Positions 45,385-52,731 of a stretch of DNA of 64,000 nucleotides are shown here, one piece after another. Location of the stretch: the IMG/VR virus record IMGVR_UViG_3300037466_003234. One strand, written 5' to 3'. The notes beneath the pieces were generated by a model. It saw only the letters and a program-made list of their open reading frames with translations, ran no database searches and was not told where the DNA came from. The position numbers and the translations under genes were made by a program. How positions within the stretch are numbered: position 1 is the first letter of the stretch; every line of letters begins with the position of its first letter. Source of the DNA: a virus. Its lineage: Duplodnaviria > Heunggongvirae > Uroviricota > Caudoviricetes.

Positions 45385-47835
45385 TTACTTAGAAGTCCTT
45401 CCGGCCTGCTGCTGCGTTACTGGTGTGGAGTATTGCTGCATAACCTTCTTGACGGAATCAAGATAGTTACCGTTACCACTCTTGGCGTCTTCGAGAGCCT
45501 TGAGCAACATTGCGTTCATCTCACGGATCTGATCGGTAAAAGCTGCAGCAGACTTTGCTGCCGCATCCATTCCGCCGCGCATTTCATTGAAGTTCTTAAG
45601 AACCGTGCCGGCATCGCCTGCCATAGCAGCGATTGTATTATCTTCCATACGGCCAGAAGATCCTTGGGTCTTTTTAGTAACGACAGCTTCACGATCGCGC
45701 TGAGTGTCGGCCTGGCCAGGAATATCTCCGATAGCGCCGCTCATGCGAGATTCTGCCGTTTGAACGTCGCCATATCCGCGCTCAACGTTTTGATAACTTC
45801 CGACCATGTAATAATCCTTCTGAACGTCGTCAGAGAACTCATGAAGGTTATCTTTAGTAATTTTCTTACCAGCCTTAGCTTGCGCTGCCTTTAGGCGATT
45901 GACTCTTTCGTCATAATCCTTAAAGCGGCTCATGGACTTTTGGTTAAGTCCAGAGATTTTGCCAACAAGTTCTTTTGGAGAGATTCCAGCGCTCTTTGCG
46001 GCACCCTGAACTAGGAAATTGTCTTCGTTAAGCTGATCTTCTGGGATCTGCATCAACGATTGCTTTTCGATGGTCGAAAGCTTGTTGAGATCAGGATCGC
46101 TCATGAAACCTGCAGCACGCATGACGCCGCGTGGACCTGTGGTTTCGGACGACATCTTTTGATACTCTTGGTAGGCGCCTCTAGCGGATTCGATGCCCTT
46201 TGAGGTATTTTCATTCATGAAACTACCAAACTTAGCTGCGATACGCTCGAAGTCGTCTTGATTGCTAGTTCCGCTCTTTGCGATTGCCTCTGCAGCAGCT
46301 TGCGTAAACTTACGATTTTCTTCAGCGAACTTGCTGTCATCAAGGCCAAGTTTCATACCTTCAGCTAAAAGCTTAATGGTAGCTTGCTTGGTAGATTCAC
46401 TTCCGCCGATACTACCGCTCAAGGTTCCGAGCACTTGGCCAGCGTTTGTGAGATCCATGCCACGTTGAAGCTGAAGGCCAAATCCAGAGTCGCGAGCCAT
46501 GCGAGTAGATCCGCCAGCACCTAAGATGTTGCCGGACATTTCCATAGCCATCTCTGGCGTAAATCCATTACCGATAGCTCCGCGCATGAAACCGTTTGAG
46601 CCATACATCTGATCGTTGTTAAATCCCAACGAGCGCTGGAACTGAAGGTTGCGCATGAAGTTCTGCTCATAGTCAGCAGACGCAGCCTTCTTATAAGGAT
46701 TCATGTTCTTTTCAGACTCAATACCGCCTTGATAGTCACCGGCAACTTGTTGCGCAACCATCGACTCGTACTGTTGCTTATAACGTCCGCCGATGAAAGG
46801 CAGCTGCGATAGCCCTAAAGCTCTTTCTCTAGGATCTGCTCTGAGCAATCCTGTGATAGCGCCGCCTGCGCCGCCCAATGCGCCAAAGATACCTGCACCA
46901 GCCGCAGTTCCAACGCCTGGGAAAAGGGCCGTTCCTAAGCCTGCGCCGATACCTGCGCCGGAGGCCATACCCGCACCGCCCCACTTGAGCATGTTTCCAG
47001 CTAGGCCCATTTTGTCAGCGGTCATACCGCTGTTCATGGCTTCTAGCGCTCTTGAAGCTGAACGCGCACGTTCTTGAGTCCAAAATGACTCAAACGCACT
47101 TCTACGACCATAGATGTTCTGAACATCTTGGCCCATAAAACCTTGAGTAGCGCTACCCATTGCGGCAGCGGTCTGAATAGGCATTCTTCCATATGCCCTG
47201 TAAGAATCGCCAGCCATACCTAGACCAACACCCAAAGTGCTGATAGCGCCGCCTGCGGCGCCAATCATGCCAGCTGGACCCATAGCTCTGAGGAAATTTC
47301 CTCCCTGGCCCATTAGTCCGCCCATGCCGCCGGTCTTGTATGCGTCTACTAAATTTCTAACGTCGAGATCGCCCTTTTGCTTCGTATTGAGCATTTGGTT
47401 TAGAACGGCATCGCGCTGCTTATAGCCTTCGCGTTGGCTATAGAGATTTGCCTCAACCCTTGCGATCTTCTCTTTAATTCTTAGTTCTTCTTCGGAACCT
47501 TTAACTGCCTCAGCCTGGAGCTTCTTTAGCTGATCGAGCTTACCCACACGTTCATTGATAAACTTTGCGAGCTTTTCCTGGCCTTGAGCTTCTCTCGTAA
47601 TTGAGGCTTCAAGTTCACGGCGAGCCTGATGGGAACTACGCTGAAAGGCGTCTGAGCCGGGCCTAGACATGGTCCCGCCAAAACCAAGATTGTCTAGGCG
47701 CTGGGCCGTCGCGCCCTGCATTCTAGCCATATCTGAAGGCTGATAGATCTCACGCAACTTTTTCTGCATGGATTCTACAGACTTATCAAAGTCAGACGTA
47801 TCAAATTTTGCTTTAAACTCGACTTCTTTTCTCAC
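45385..47835 (-). CDS. Tape measure protein (GTG start)
   Basis: 816 aa, helical Ala/Gly/Met-rich; begins EFKAKFDTSDFDK; immediately upstream of hub and spike. Confidence 0.8.
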   Translation of the reverse strand: MRKEVEFKAKFDTSDFDKSVESMQKKLREIYQPSDMARMQGATAQRLDNLGFGGTMSRPGSDAFQRSSHQARRELEASITREAQGQEKLAKFINERVGKLDQLKKLQAEAVKGSEEELRIKEKIARVEANLYSQREGYKQRDAVLNQMLNTKQKGDLDVRNLVDAYKTGGMGGLMGQGGNFLRAMGPAGMIGAAGGAISTLGVGLGMAGDSYRAYGRMPIQTAAAMGSATQGFMGQDVQNIYGRRSAFESFWTQERARSASRALEAMNSGMTADKMGLAGNMLKWGGAGMASGAGIGAGLGTALFPGVGTAAGAGIFGALGGAGGAITGLLRADPRERALGLSQLPFIGGRYKQQYESMVAQQVAGDYQGGIESEKNMNPYKKAASADYEQNFMRNLQFQRSLGFNNDQMYGSNGFMRGAIGNGFTPEMAMEMSGNILGAGGSTRMARDSGFGLQLQRGMDLTNAGQVLGTLSGSIGGSESTKQATIKLLAEGMKLGLDDSKFAEENRKFTQAAAEAIAKSGTSNQDDFERIAAKFGSFMNENTSKGIESARGAYQEYQKMSSETTGPRGVMRAAGFMSDPDLNKLSTIEKQSLMQIPEDQLNEDNFLVQGAAKSAGISPKELVGKISGLNQKSMSRFKDYDERVNRLKAAQAKAGKKITKDNLHEFSDDVQKDYYMVGSYQNVERGYGDVQTAESRMSGAIGDIPGQADTQRDREAVVTKKTQGSSGRMEDNTIAAMAGDAGTVLKNFNEMRGGMDAAAKSAAAFTDQIREMNAMLLKALEDAKSGNGNYLDSVKKVMQQYSTPVTQQQAGRTSK

Positions 47836-47861
47836 GTTATCTCCACCTTTAAGGCCACATT

Positions 47862-47990
47862 TAAGATTGTAATTATGACCCCTTAGGCTCTTATCTCCTT
47901 ATATCAGAGCTAAATGGTTGATTTAATTAGTATGTTAATTACGGTAAATAAGAAAATAAGCTTGACCAAAACATTCCGGTCGGCTATTTT
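47862..47990. promoter_or_regulatory. Divergent promoters: late motif (-) and leaderless sigma70 promoter (+)
   Basis: ACAATCTTA on (-) 47862-47870; AAATAAGAAAATAAG 47946-47960; TTGACC-17-TATTTT-6-ATG(47997). Confidence 0.65.
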
Positions 47991-47996
47991 ATATTT

Positions 47997-48176
47997 ATGC
48001 CTAGAAAGAAAAAGAAGACAAAGCCACAGCCTAAGAAGAAGCCAGATCCAAAGAAAACCCATGTGGAAACGCTACTTTACTATACCGAAAGAAATATTAC
48101 CGGATGCGGTAGCGAACTTGACGTGCTCTTTACTGCTCAGGCCAAGAGGCTCAGGGAGCTTCTGGAGAGTTTATGA
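47997..48176 (+). CDS. 59-aa Lys-rich protein (not in ORF track; replaces 47914-48198)
   Basis: MPRKKKKTKPQPKKKPDPKKTHVETLLYY...RELLESL*; promoter geometry and ATGA overlap. Confidence 0.7.
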   Translation: MPRKKKKTKPQPKKKPDPKKTHVETLLYYTERNITGCGSELDVLFTAQAKRLRELLESL

Positions 48177-48358
48177 AATACCTAAGGGCCTACGTTAAAG
48201 CATTTGTCACCCTGTTCACAGGAATGGGCGTAGTGCTTTTTGCTATTAAGTCCATGTTTTTCCAAGACTTTTTAGCAGATTACTTCTTTTACGTTGTGAC
48301 CGTAGCCGCCGTTAGTGGACCAATTTCAGTGATTCTCAACAAAAAGGACTCAACTTGA
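48173..48358 (+). CDS. Small two-helix membrane protein
   Basis: Two hydrophobic segments; overlaps both neighbours. Confidence 0.65.
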   Translation: MKYLRAYVKAFVTLFTGMGVVLFAIKSMFFQDFLADYFFYVVTVAAVSGPISVILNKKDST

Positions 48359-48846
48359 AGTATTTTATTATTGCCTTAATTACACTATTTTCGCTAAACT
48401 CCTACGCTGACGAAGGCTTTCTCGGCTTTGGGGTAGGTATTGCAAATAGCGCCAAACACTCCGCCGGGGAAGTCAAGGTCTTTAACCTTGGCCTAAGGGA
48501 GGACATTTGGAATGGTATCTATTGGCAATACAAGCTCGGTTTTTGGGGTGACGGATCTGGAAATCCACACAGGAGCAGTAGTCTTTATGCTTCTACTGGT
48601 CCTGGCCTTCTTGTGGATCTTCATCCGGTCGAGATTAGAACTGGCTGGAGTTTGGCGGCGATTAGTTCGCCCGACAGTTACCTGGGAGGTAGGTTTCCAC
48701 AATTTAACGGCGAACTCTATCTTGGTCTTAGGGACAATCACGGCAATGGTATTGGCGTTCAGTATGAACATGTCTCTAGCGCGGGCATTGTTACTCCTAA
48801 CCAGGGCAGAGATTTCTTCATTCTTCAGATAAGCCAGAGGTGGTAA
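48355..48846 (+). CDS. pagL: PagL-like outer-membrane beta-barrel (lipid A 3-O-deacylase family)
   Basis: Signal peptide ending SYA-DE; amphipathic strands; YEHVSSAGIVTPNQGRDF matches the PagL HxS(N)AG...PNxG motif; terminal aromatic W. Confidence 0.7.
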   Translation: MKYFIIALITLFSLNSYADEGFLGFGVGIANSAKHSAGEVKVFNLGLREDIWNGIYWQYKLGFWGDGSGNPHRSSSLYASTGPGLLVDLHPVEIRTGWSLAAISSPDSYLGGRFPQFNGELYLGLRDNHGNGIGVQYEHVSSAGIVTPNQGRDFFILQISQRW

Positions 48847-49344
48847 ATGAACGACTCTGAATTTAACGTTCTCCTTAAAGAAATGGTAGAAGGCATTTTG
48901 TTAGCTTTCAACAAATTTGACATAATGAATGAAAGCGTTAGCAGCCTTAATGCTGGTAGCCTCTATTATTTTGTTCAAGGGGTAAATAACAAGCCAACTT
49001 ACTATTGGCCAGACGGAAGTCTCTCTAGCAAAAAACCTAACGATGGAGAGACTTGGACAAAGCCTAATTTCACTGGCGGCCCTACGGAGACTTGGCAGTG
49101 GGATGATTACATAGGTCAATGGGTGAACATTACCAATCATCCAAATGGCAGACAGACGCACAGACAAGCCGCGAATCAAGGTTATGCTGCCGTGAGTGGC
49201 TCAACCTACCTGCTTCCAGATGATTACGGAATGGTTGAAGCCAAAATTGATTGGGCAAAGCCAGCTCTTAACTGCGAGTGCGGCTCTGAAAAATGTGGAT
49301 CTAACAGACATTCAAACTGGTGTCCAAAATACGATAATACATAA
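48847..49344 (+). CDS. Hypothetical protein with C-terminal CECG..CG..HSxWCP metal-binding motif
   Basis: CECGSEKCGSNRHSNWCPKY. Confidence 0.65.
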   Translation: MNDSEFNVLLKEMVEGILLAFNKFDIMNESVSSLNAGSLYYFVQGVNNKPTYYWPDGSLSSKKPNDGETWTKPNFTGGPTETWQWDDYIGQWVNITNHPNGRQTHRQAANQGYAAVSGSTYLLPDDYGMVEAKIDWAKPALNCECGSEKCGSNRHSNWCPKYDNT

Positions 49345-49346
49345 GT

Positions 49347-49613
49347 ATGAAAGAAGATACTCACTTCATCTTTGCACTAATCGTCATGCTTGGGCTTTTT
49401 ATGTCCATGCTTTTAGTGCTTTATGAGGATGGAGTATCTTTCGCTCTACTTAAAAAATTACGCTGTAAGTTAAGACTGCATAAGTTTGATAAGAAAATAG
49501 CAACAACGAAGATGAAGCTATACTATTGTACTTACTGCAAGACAAAGAGGGTTCATCCACCTCTCAAGGTGATTCAGGGTGAAAAGAAAGACATGGGAAG
49601 TTTCAAATTTTAA
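49347..49613 (+). CDS. Small membrane protein with C-x-x-x-x-H...CxxC motif
   Basis: N-terminal TM helix; LRCKLRLHKF...YCTYCK. Confidence 0.6.
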   Translation: MKEDTHFIFALIVMLGLFMSMLLVLYEDGVSFALLKKLRCKLRLHKFDKKIATTKMKLYYCTYCKTKRVHPPLKVIQGEKKDMGSFKF

Positions 49614-49622
49614 GGAGAAGAC

Positions 49623-50003
49623 ATGAGAGCTAACGACTACGTAAAACTGGCTACCGTTACTGAATCTAAGGATTTTGCCGCAATCAGCAGAAGATTTGAC
49701 GATGTTGATACCATTCGCCTTTGCCACGCCATGATCGGCCTATGCACCGAGGCTGGAGAGTTTCAGGATGCCGTTAAGAAGTCTTTGTTTTACGGCAAGC
49801 CTCTTGACCGCACTAACCTCGCCGAAGAGCTAGGCGACATCATGTGGTACGTCGCTATTGCGTGCGACACACTGGGCGTCAATCTCGAAGACGTTATGGA
49901 AAAGAATATCGCCAAACTAAAGGCACGCTACGGCGATAAGTTCACTGAACAAGCTGCCTTAAACCGTGACCTAGAAACCGAGAGAAAGATCTTGGAAGGA
50001 TGA
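49623..50003 (+). CDS. mazG: MazG-like nucleotide pyrophosphohydrolase
   Basis: GLCTEAGEFQDAVKK...EELGDIMWY...NIAKLKARY. Confidence 0.85.
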   Translation: MRANDYVKLATVTESKDFAAISRRFDDVDTIRLCHAMIGLCTEAGEFQDAVKKSLFYGKPLDRTNLAEELGDIMWYVAIACDTLGVNLEDVMEKNIAKLKARYGDKFTEQAALNRDLETERKILEG

Positions 50004-50119
50004 GTTGGGTAATTAGCGCCGTAATCGTAATTGCGCTCATCGCATTCCTAGAATACAAAGGAGTTCCTGTACATGAAATCTTTACTAATGTTGATTCTGA
50101 CGATTGGGATTTTGAGTAG
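50000..50119 (+). CDS. 39-aa single-TM protein (not in ORF track)
   Basis: MSWVISAVIVIALIAFLEYKGVPVHEIFTNVDSDDWDFE*; ATGA overlap with mazG. Confidence 0.5.
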   Translation: MSWVISAVIVIALIAFLEYKGVPVHEIFTNVDSDDWDFE

Positions 50120-50252
50120 CTGTTCGCACGGAGTGACCAAACACCTTCGTTCGAACTGTGAGTCCGCAAACAAAAAGGGTAACACCTGCGAACTCAACAC
50201 GCTTTGCTACTGCGAAGATCTACCCGAACATCAAGTTCGTGAGCGTAACTAA
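50073..50252 (+). CDS. 59-aa Cys-rich lipoprotein (not in ORF track)
   Basis: MKSLLMLILTIGILSSCSHG (lipobox LSSC); AAGGAG RBS; four further Cys. Confidence 0.65.
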   Translation: MKSLLMLILTIGILSSCSHGVTKHLRSNCESANKKGNTCELNTLCYCEDLPEHQVRERN

Positions 50253-50812
50253 CACTTCAGGGCCTTAGCTACAGCGCTTTTGGTAAGACCTACCTCAAGG
50301 GCGATTTTAGAGTAGCTAAGGCCTTTTTGTTTCAACTCCTTAAGCTTATCCCTATCGCACTGGACTGGACGACCTAGTTTTACTCCCTTCTCGCGAGCTG
50401 TATCTACTCCAGCCTGCACACGCTCTCTAATAATGTCGCGCTCAAGCTGAGCCATCGCCGCAATAATGGAGTACATTGCTTTACCCATAGGCGTACCGGT
50501 ATCAATGTTTTCTTGATAACTAATGAAATTAACGCCAAGGCTATTGAACTCGTCAAGGGCATTCACAAGGAATTGGCTTGAGCGGGCAAAGCGGTCAAAG
50601 CGCCAAACCAAAACTACGTCGTGTTGGCGCTTACGGACAGCGTCTAGCATGGCGTCTAACTGCGGTCTTTTCGTTTTAGAGCCACTAATGCCTTGATCAT
50701 GGTAGATCGTATAGGTCCAACCACGAGCCTGCGCATAGGCCTCTAAATCCTTCAATTGAAGGTCAACAGATTGTTTCTTAGTGGATACGCGGACGTAAAT
50801 TGCTGCTCTCAT
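50249..50812 (-). CDS. Serine recombinase, resolvase/invertase type with C-terminal HTH
   Basis: AIYVRVST (catalytic Ser), DQGISG, VWRFDRFARS, ERDIIRERV..G...A..KG...GRP and an HTH; ATG 50812 fits the promoter geometry. Confidence 0.9.
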   Translation of the reverse strand: MRAAIYVRVSTKKQSVDLQLKDLEAYAQARGWTYTIYHDQGISGSKTKRPQLDAMLDAVRKRQHDVVLVWRFDRFARSSQFLVNALDEFNSLGVNFISYQENIDTGTPMGKAMYSIIAAMAQLERDIIRERVQAGVDTAREKGVKLGRPVQCDRDKLKELKQKGLSYSKIALEVGLTKSAVAKALKC

Positions 50813-50818
50813 GCTTAG

Positions 50819-50847
50819 AGAGTACAGCTGCCCGGTGGAAAAATCAA
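50819..50847 (-). promoter_or_regulatory. Leaderless sigma70 promoter of the resolvase
   Basis: TTGATT-17-TACTCT-6-ATG(50812). Confidence 0.7.
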
Positions 50848-50855
50848 GTCTTTTT

Positions 50856-51017
50856 TCAACCCCTCTTGGAGGTCTTATGCTTAGGCTTTTTAACGCCGTA
50901 CTTCTTGTAGGTCTTCCTGTTCTCACCCCTATTAGGGCGACAGAAATTACAGCGAAGGTCAAACCTACGCTCACGGTCGTCTACAGTATTGTTAGTGTTA
51001 GTTTTATCTTTTTTCAT
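50856..51017 (-). CDS. 53-aa basic protein with CxxC (not in ORF track)
   Basis: MKKDKTNTNNTVDDRERRFDLRCNFCRPNRGENRKTYKKYGVKKPKHKTSKRG*. Confidence 0.55.
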   Translation of the reverse strand: MKKDKTNTNNTVDDRERRFDLRCNFCRPNRGENRKTYKKYGVKKPKHKTSKRG

Positions 51018-51026
51018 AGAATAAAT

Positions 51027-51067
51027 AGGCAGGGGAGCCTACTCTAGTACCACTCCTCACCCTGCCT
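51027..51067 (-). terminator. Hairpin downstream of the tRNA-like RNA (possible terminator/processing stem)
   Basis: AGGCAGGG...CCCTGCCT 8-bp outer stem followed by ATTTATT on the minus strand. Confidence 0.4.
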
Positions 51068-51090
51068 CTCGTGCTAACAGCCGTTAAAAT

Positions 51091-51223
51091 TGGTGGAGTC
51101 GCAGAGGAGCTGCCCCTCTGGTTACCGCTACTGCAGGTGGGACTCGAACCCACGATCTCCGGCGCAAGGCCGGGTTTTAACCTACTAAACTACTGACTCT
51201 TCGCGGGCTTTCTACTCGACCCC
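51091..51223 (-). ncRNA. 133-nt nested double tRNA-mimic RNA (Ala-identity shell around a second tRNA core)
   Basis: GGGGUCG/CGACUCC acceptor (G3:U70) + A + encoded CCA; outer T-like arm CAGAGG-GGCAGCU-CCUCUG; inner D arm GUUU/AAAC, CCGGC-CUUGC-GCCGG arm, AGAUC linker and canonical T arm GUGGG-UUCGAGU-CCCAC. Confidence 0.75.
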
Positions 51224-51433
51224 ATTTATAGATTGCTTCTCAGCGTCAATCATCCTGCTTATATCAGAGACTATAAAAGCCCTTATTCTGGGCATTGGCT
51301 TGGCTATACCGCTAGCCCACCTGTCTACCGTGGTCCTATGCACTTCGCAACGATCCGCTATTTTATCCACGCCCAGACTGGATACGGCGTCCCTAACGAA
51401 TTGGGCGAATTCTTCATCGCTATAGACTTTCAT
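51212..51433 (-). CDS. XRE-like helix-turn-helix protein (73 aa)
   Basis: LGVDKIADRCEVHRTTVDRWASGIAKP HTH; ATG 51433 by ATGA coupling. Confidence 0.75.
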   Translation of the reverse strand: MKVYSDEEFAQFVRDAVSSLGVDKIADRCEVHRTTVDRWASGIAKPMPRIRAFIVSDISRMIDAEKQSINGVE

Positions 51434-51630
51434 GCTATACGCCAAACCTGATAACAGCGCTTGGTGTAGCAATCATTGGCTTCCAGATTTCTCCAAGGTG
51501 GAACGCCCAGAATAACGAATCCTGCGCGGTGGTAAGGGCTTTCCATCTTAACCACTCTCATAAACAGGAGTTCGAGCGGCAGTGTAAAAAGATTAGACAC
51601 TTCTTTCAAGGCAAGTTCTTTTAAAGACAT
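51430..51630 (-). CDS. Hypothetical 66-aa protein
   Basis: GAGG RBS before ATG 51630. Confidence 0.5.
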   Translation of the reverse strand: MSLKELALKEVSNLFTLPLELLFMRVVKMESPYHRAGFVILGVPPWRNLEANDCYTKRCYQVWRIA

Positions 51631-51637
51631 ATTAACC

Positions 51638-51976
51638 TCAAATCGTGGTGTTAAGATAGGCCTTGGCGATCTCACTACTGAGCTTTCCAGCTGCCGTAGA
51701 CGTGTCTGGTTGGCTCAGAATGCTTACTCCAACAGCCCTTGCTACCATATGGGCGGATACGCCCTCTTCGTCCTTCAGGCAGCGAAAATAACCGCCTCCT
51801 GGGCCGCGCTTAACGTCCACAAGGCCAGCGATGCGAAGCTGGCGCATGATCTGTTCCATGAAGTTTTCCGTCGTTCCGACTTCGCGAGCCAAGTCGGCAG
51901 ATCGAGCCGGCAAAGGCTTAGATCTGAGGGCGGACATGGTATTGATCGCGATCTCCAGCTTCTTGTTAATTTTCAT
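51638..51976 (-). CDS. Rrf2-family winged-helix transcriptional regulator
   Basis: ADLAREVGTTENFMEQIMRQLRIAGLVDVKRGPGGGY; no Fe-S Cys triad; upstream TTGAAT-17-TAGTCT promoter. Confidence 0.85.
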   Translation of the reverse strand: MKINKKLEIAINTMSALRSKPLPARSADLAREVGTTENFMEQIMRQLRIAGLVDVKRGPGGGYFRCLKDEEGVSAHMVARAVGVSILSQPDTSTAAGKLSSEIAKAYLNTTI

Positions 51977-52042
51977 ATTTTGCTTATCTCCTTAATTCCT
52001 TATTTGTAGACTAAACCACTTTGGTCAGGAATTCAAGCAAAT

Positions 52043-52074
52043 AAAAAGGGCCGGTACTGTCTTTGTACCGGCCC
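52043..52074 (-). terminator. Intrinsic terminator
   Basis: GGGCCGGTAC-7-GTACCGGCCC 10-bp stem followed by TTTTT on the minus strand. Confidence 0.8.
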
Positions 52075-52120
52075 CACAGAAGGAGGGTATGATTCGCGTG
52101 ATTAGTTCAATTTCTATATA

Positions 52121-52378
52121 TCATGGCCCTGGATAGTTTTCGGGCTTATTTTTTACTTCAGTATAACCATAGAATTTTGTTAAGGAATCAATAGCGTCAT
52201 GGATCTCTTGGGGCCAGCCAGTGATCTCGCCGATCCAATAAGCTACGACGATACAGGGCACCATGGTGGCCGTTGCCATGACGGAAACTACCTTGCGAGG
52301 ATCATTGTTGCCGTGCTCACGGTACCACTTTTGAATAAATTCCTTATTTAACAGATACTTATTACAATCTTCAGTCAT
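52121..52378 (-). CDS. Hypothetical 85-aa protein
   Basis: ATGA coupling to the deaminase gene. Confidence 0.6.
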   Translation of the reverse strand: MTEDCNKYLLNKEFIQKWYREHGNNDPRKVVSVMATATMVPCIVVAYWIGEITGWPQEIHDAIDSLTKFYGYTEVKNKPENYPGP

Positions 52379-52731
52379 AGCTTGCGAAGTGCTCCCTCGT
52401 CGGTGTAGAAAACGTTCTTTACCCCACATAGGGAGATTAGCTCTTGGCAATGCTTGCAAGGTTTCGCACAAGCCCATTCACCATTCTTGTATTCCCTAAA
52501 AACATACAAATCAGCGCCTTCCAAGTCTTCCTCTGAGCAACCCAGCATAGCGTCGAACTCTGCATGGATCTGCTTAAAGGGATGATTGGACTTTGGATGG
52601 GTCTTAAGCTTGTTAAAACCAACGCTAATGACCTTATTCTTCTTAACGAGAACTGCCCCCATCTTCCACTGATGGTGGTCGGACTTCTTACTGATGATTC
52701 TGGCCAAAGCCAGGAAGGAGTCTGACTTCAT
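52375..52731 (-). CDS. Cytidine/deoxycytidylate deaminase family protein
   Basis: HAEFDA and AKPCKHC zinc motifs. Confidence 0.85.
   Translation of the reverse strand: MKSDSFLALARIISKKSDHHQWKMGAVLVKKNKVISVGFNKLKTHPKSNHPFKQIHAEFDAMLGCSEEDLEGADLYVFREYKNGEWACAKPCKHCQELISLCGVKNVFYTDEGALRKL

Noticed and set aside
47914-48198. 94-aa ORF in the track
   Set aside because: A different frame (47997-48176) fits the promoter geometry and the ATGA coupling with the next gene.
50249-50812. Mu Gin/Hin-type invertible tail-fibre cassette controlled by the recombinase
   Set aside because: I could not find hix/gix-like inverted repeats, all fibre genes share one orientation, and they lie more than 27 kb away; a computational repeat search is still needed.
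51130-51200. Calling the inner cloverleaf a normal tRNA (Gln-UUG or similar)
   Set aside because: The anticodon loop is 5 nt (CUUGC), a 7-nt reading lacks U33 before the triplet, and its own acceptor stem is only 3 bp with no adjacent CCA.
51091-51223. Calling the RNA a standard tmRNA (ssrA)
   Set aside because: At 133 nt there is no room for pseudoknots or a tag ORF, and the typical GG..UCGA D-loop analogue is not evident; only the Ala acceptor/T-arm shell matches.
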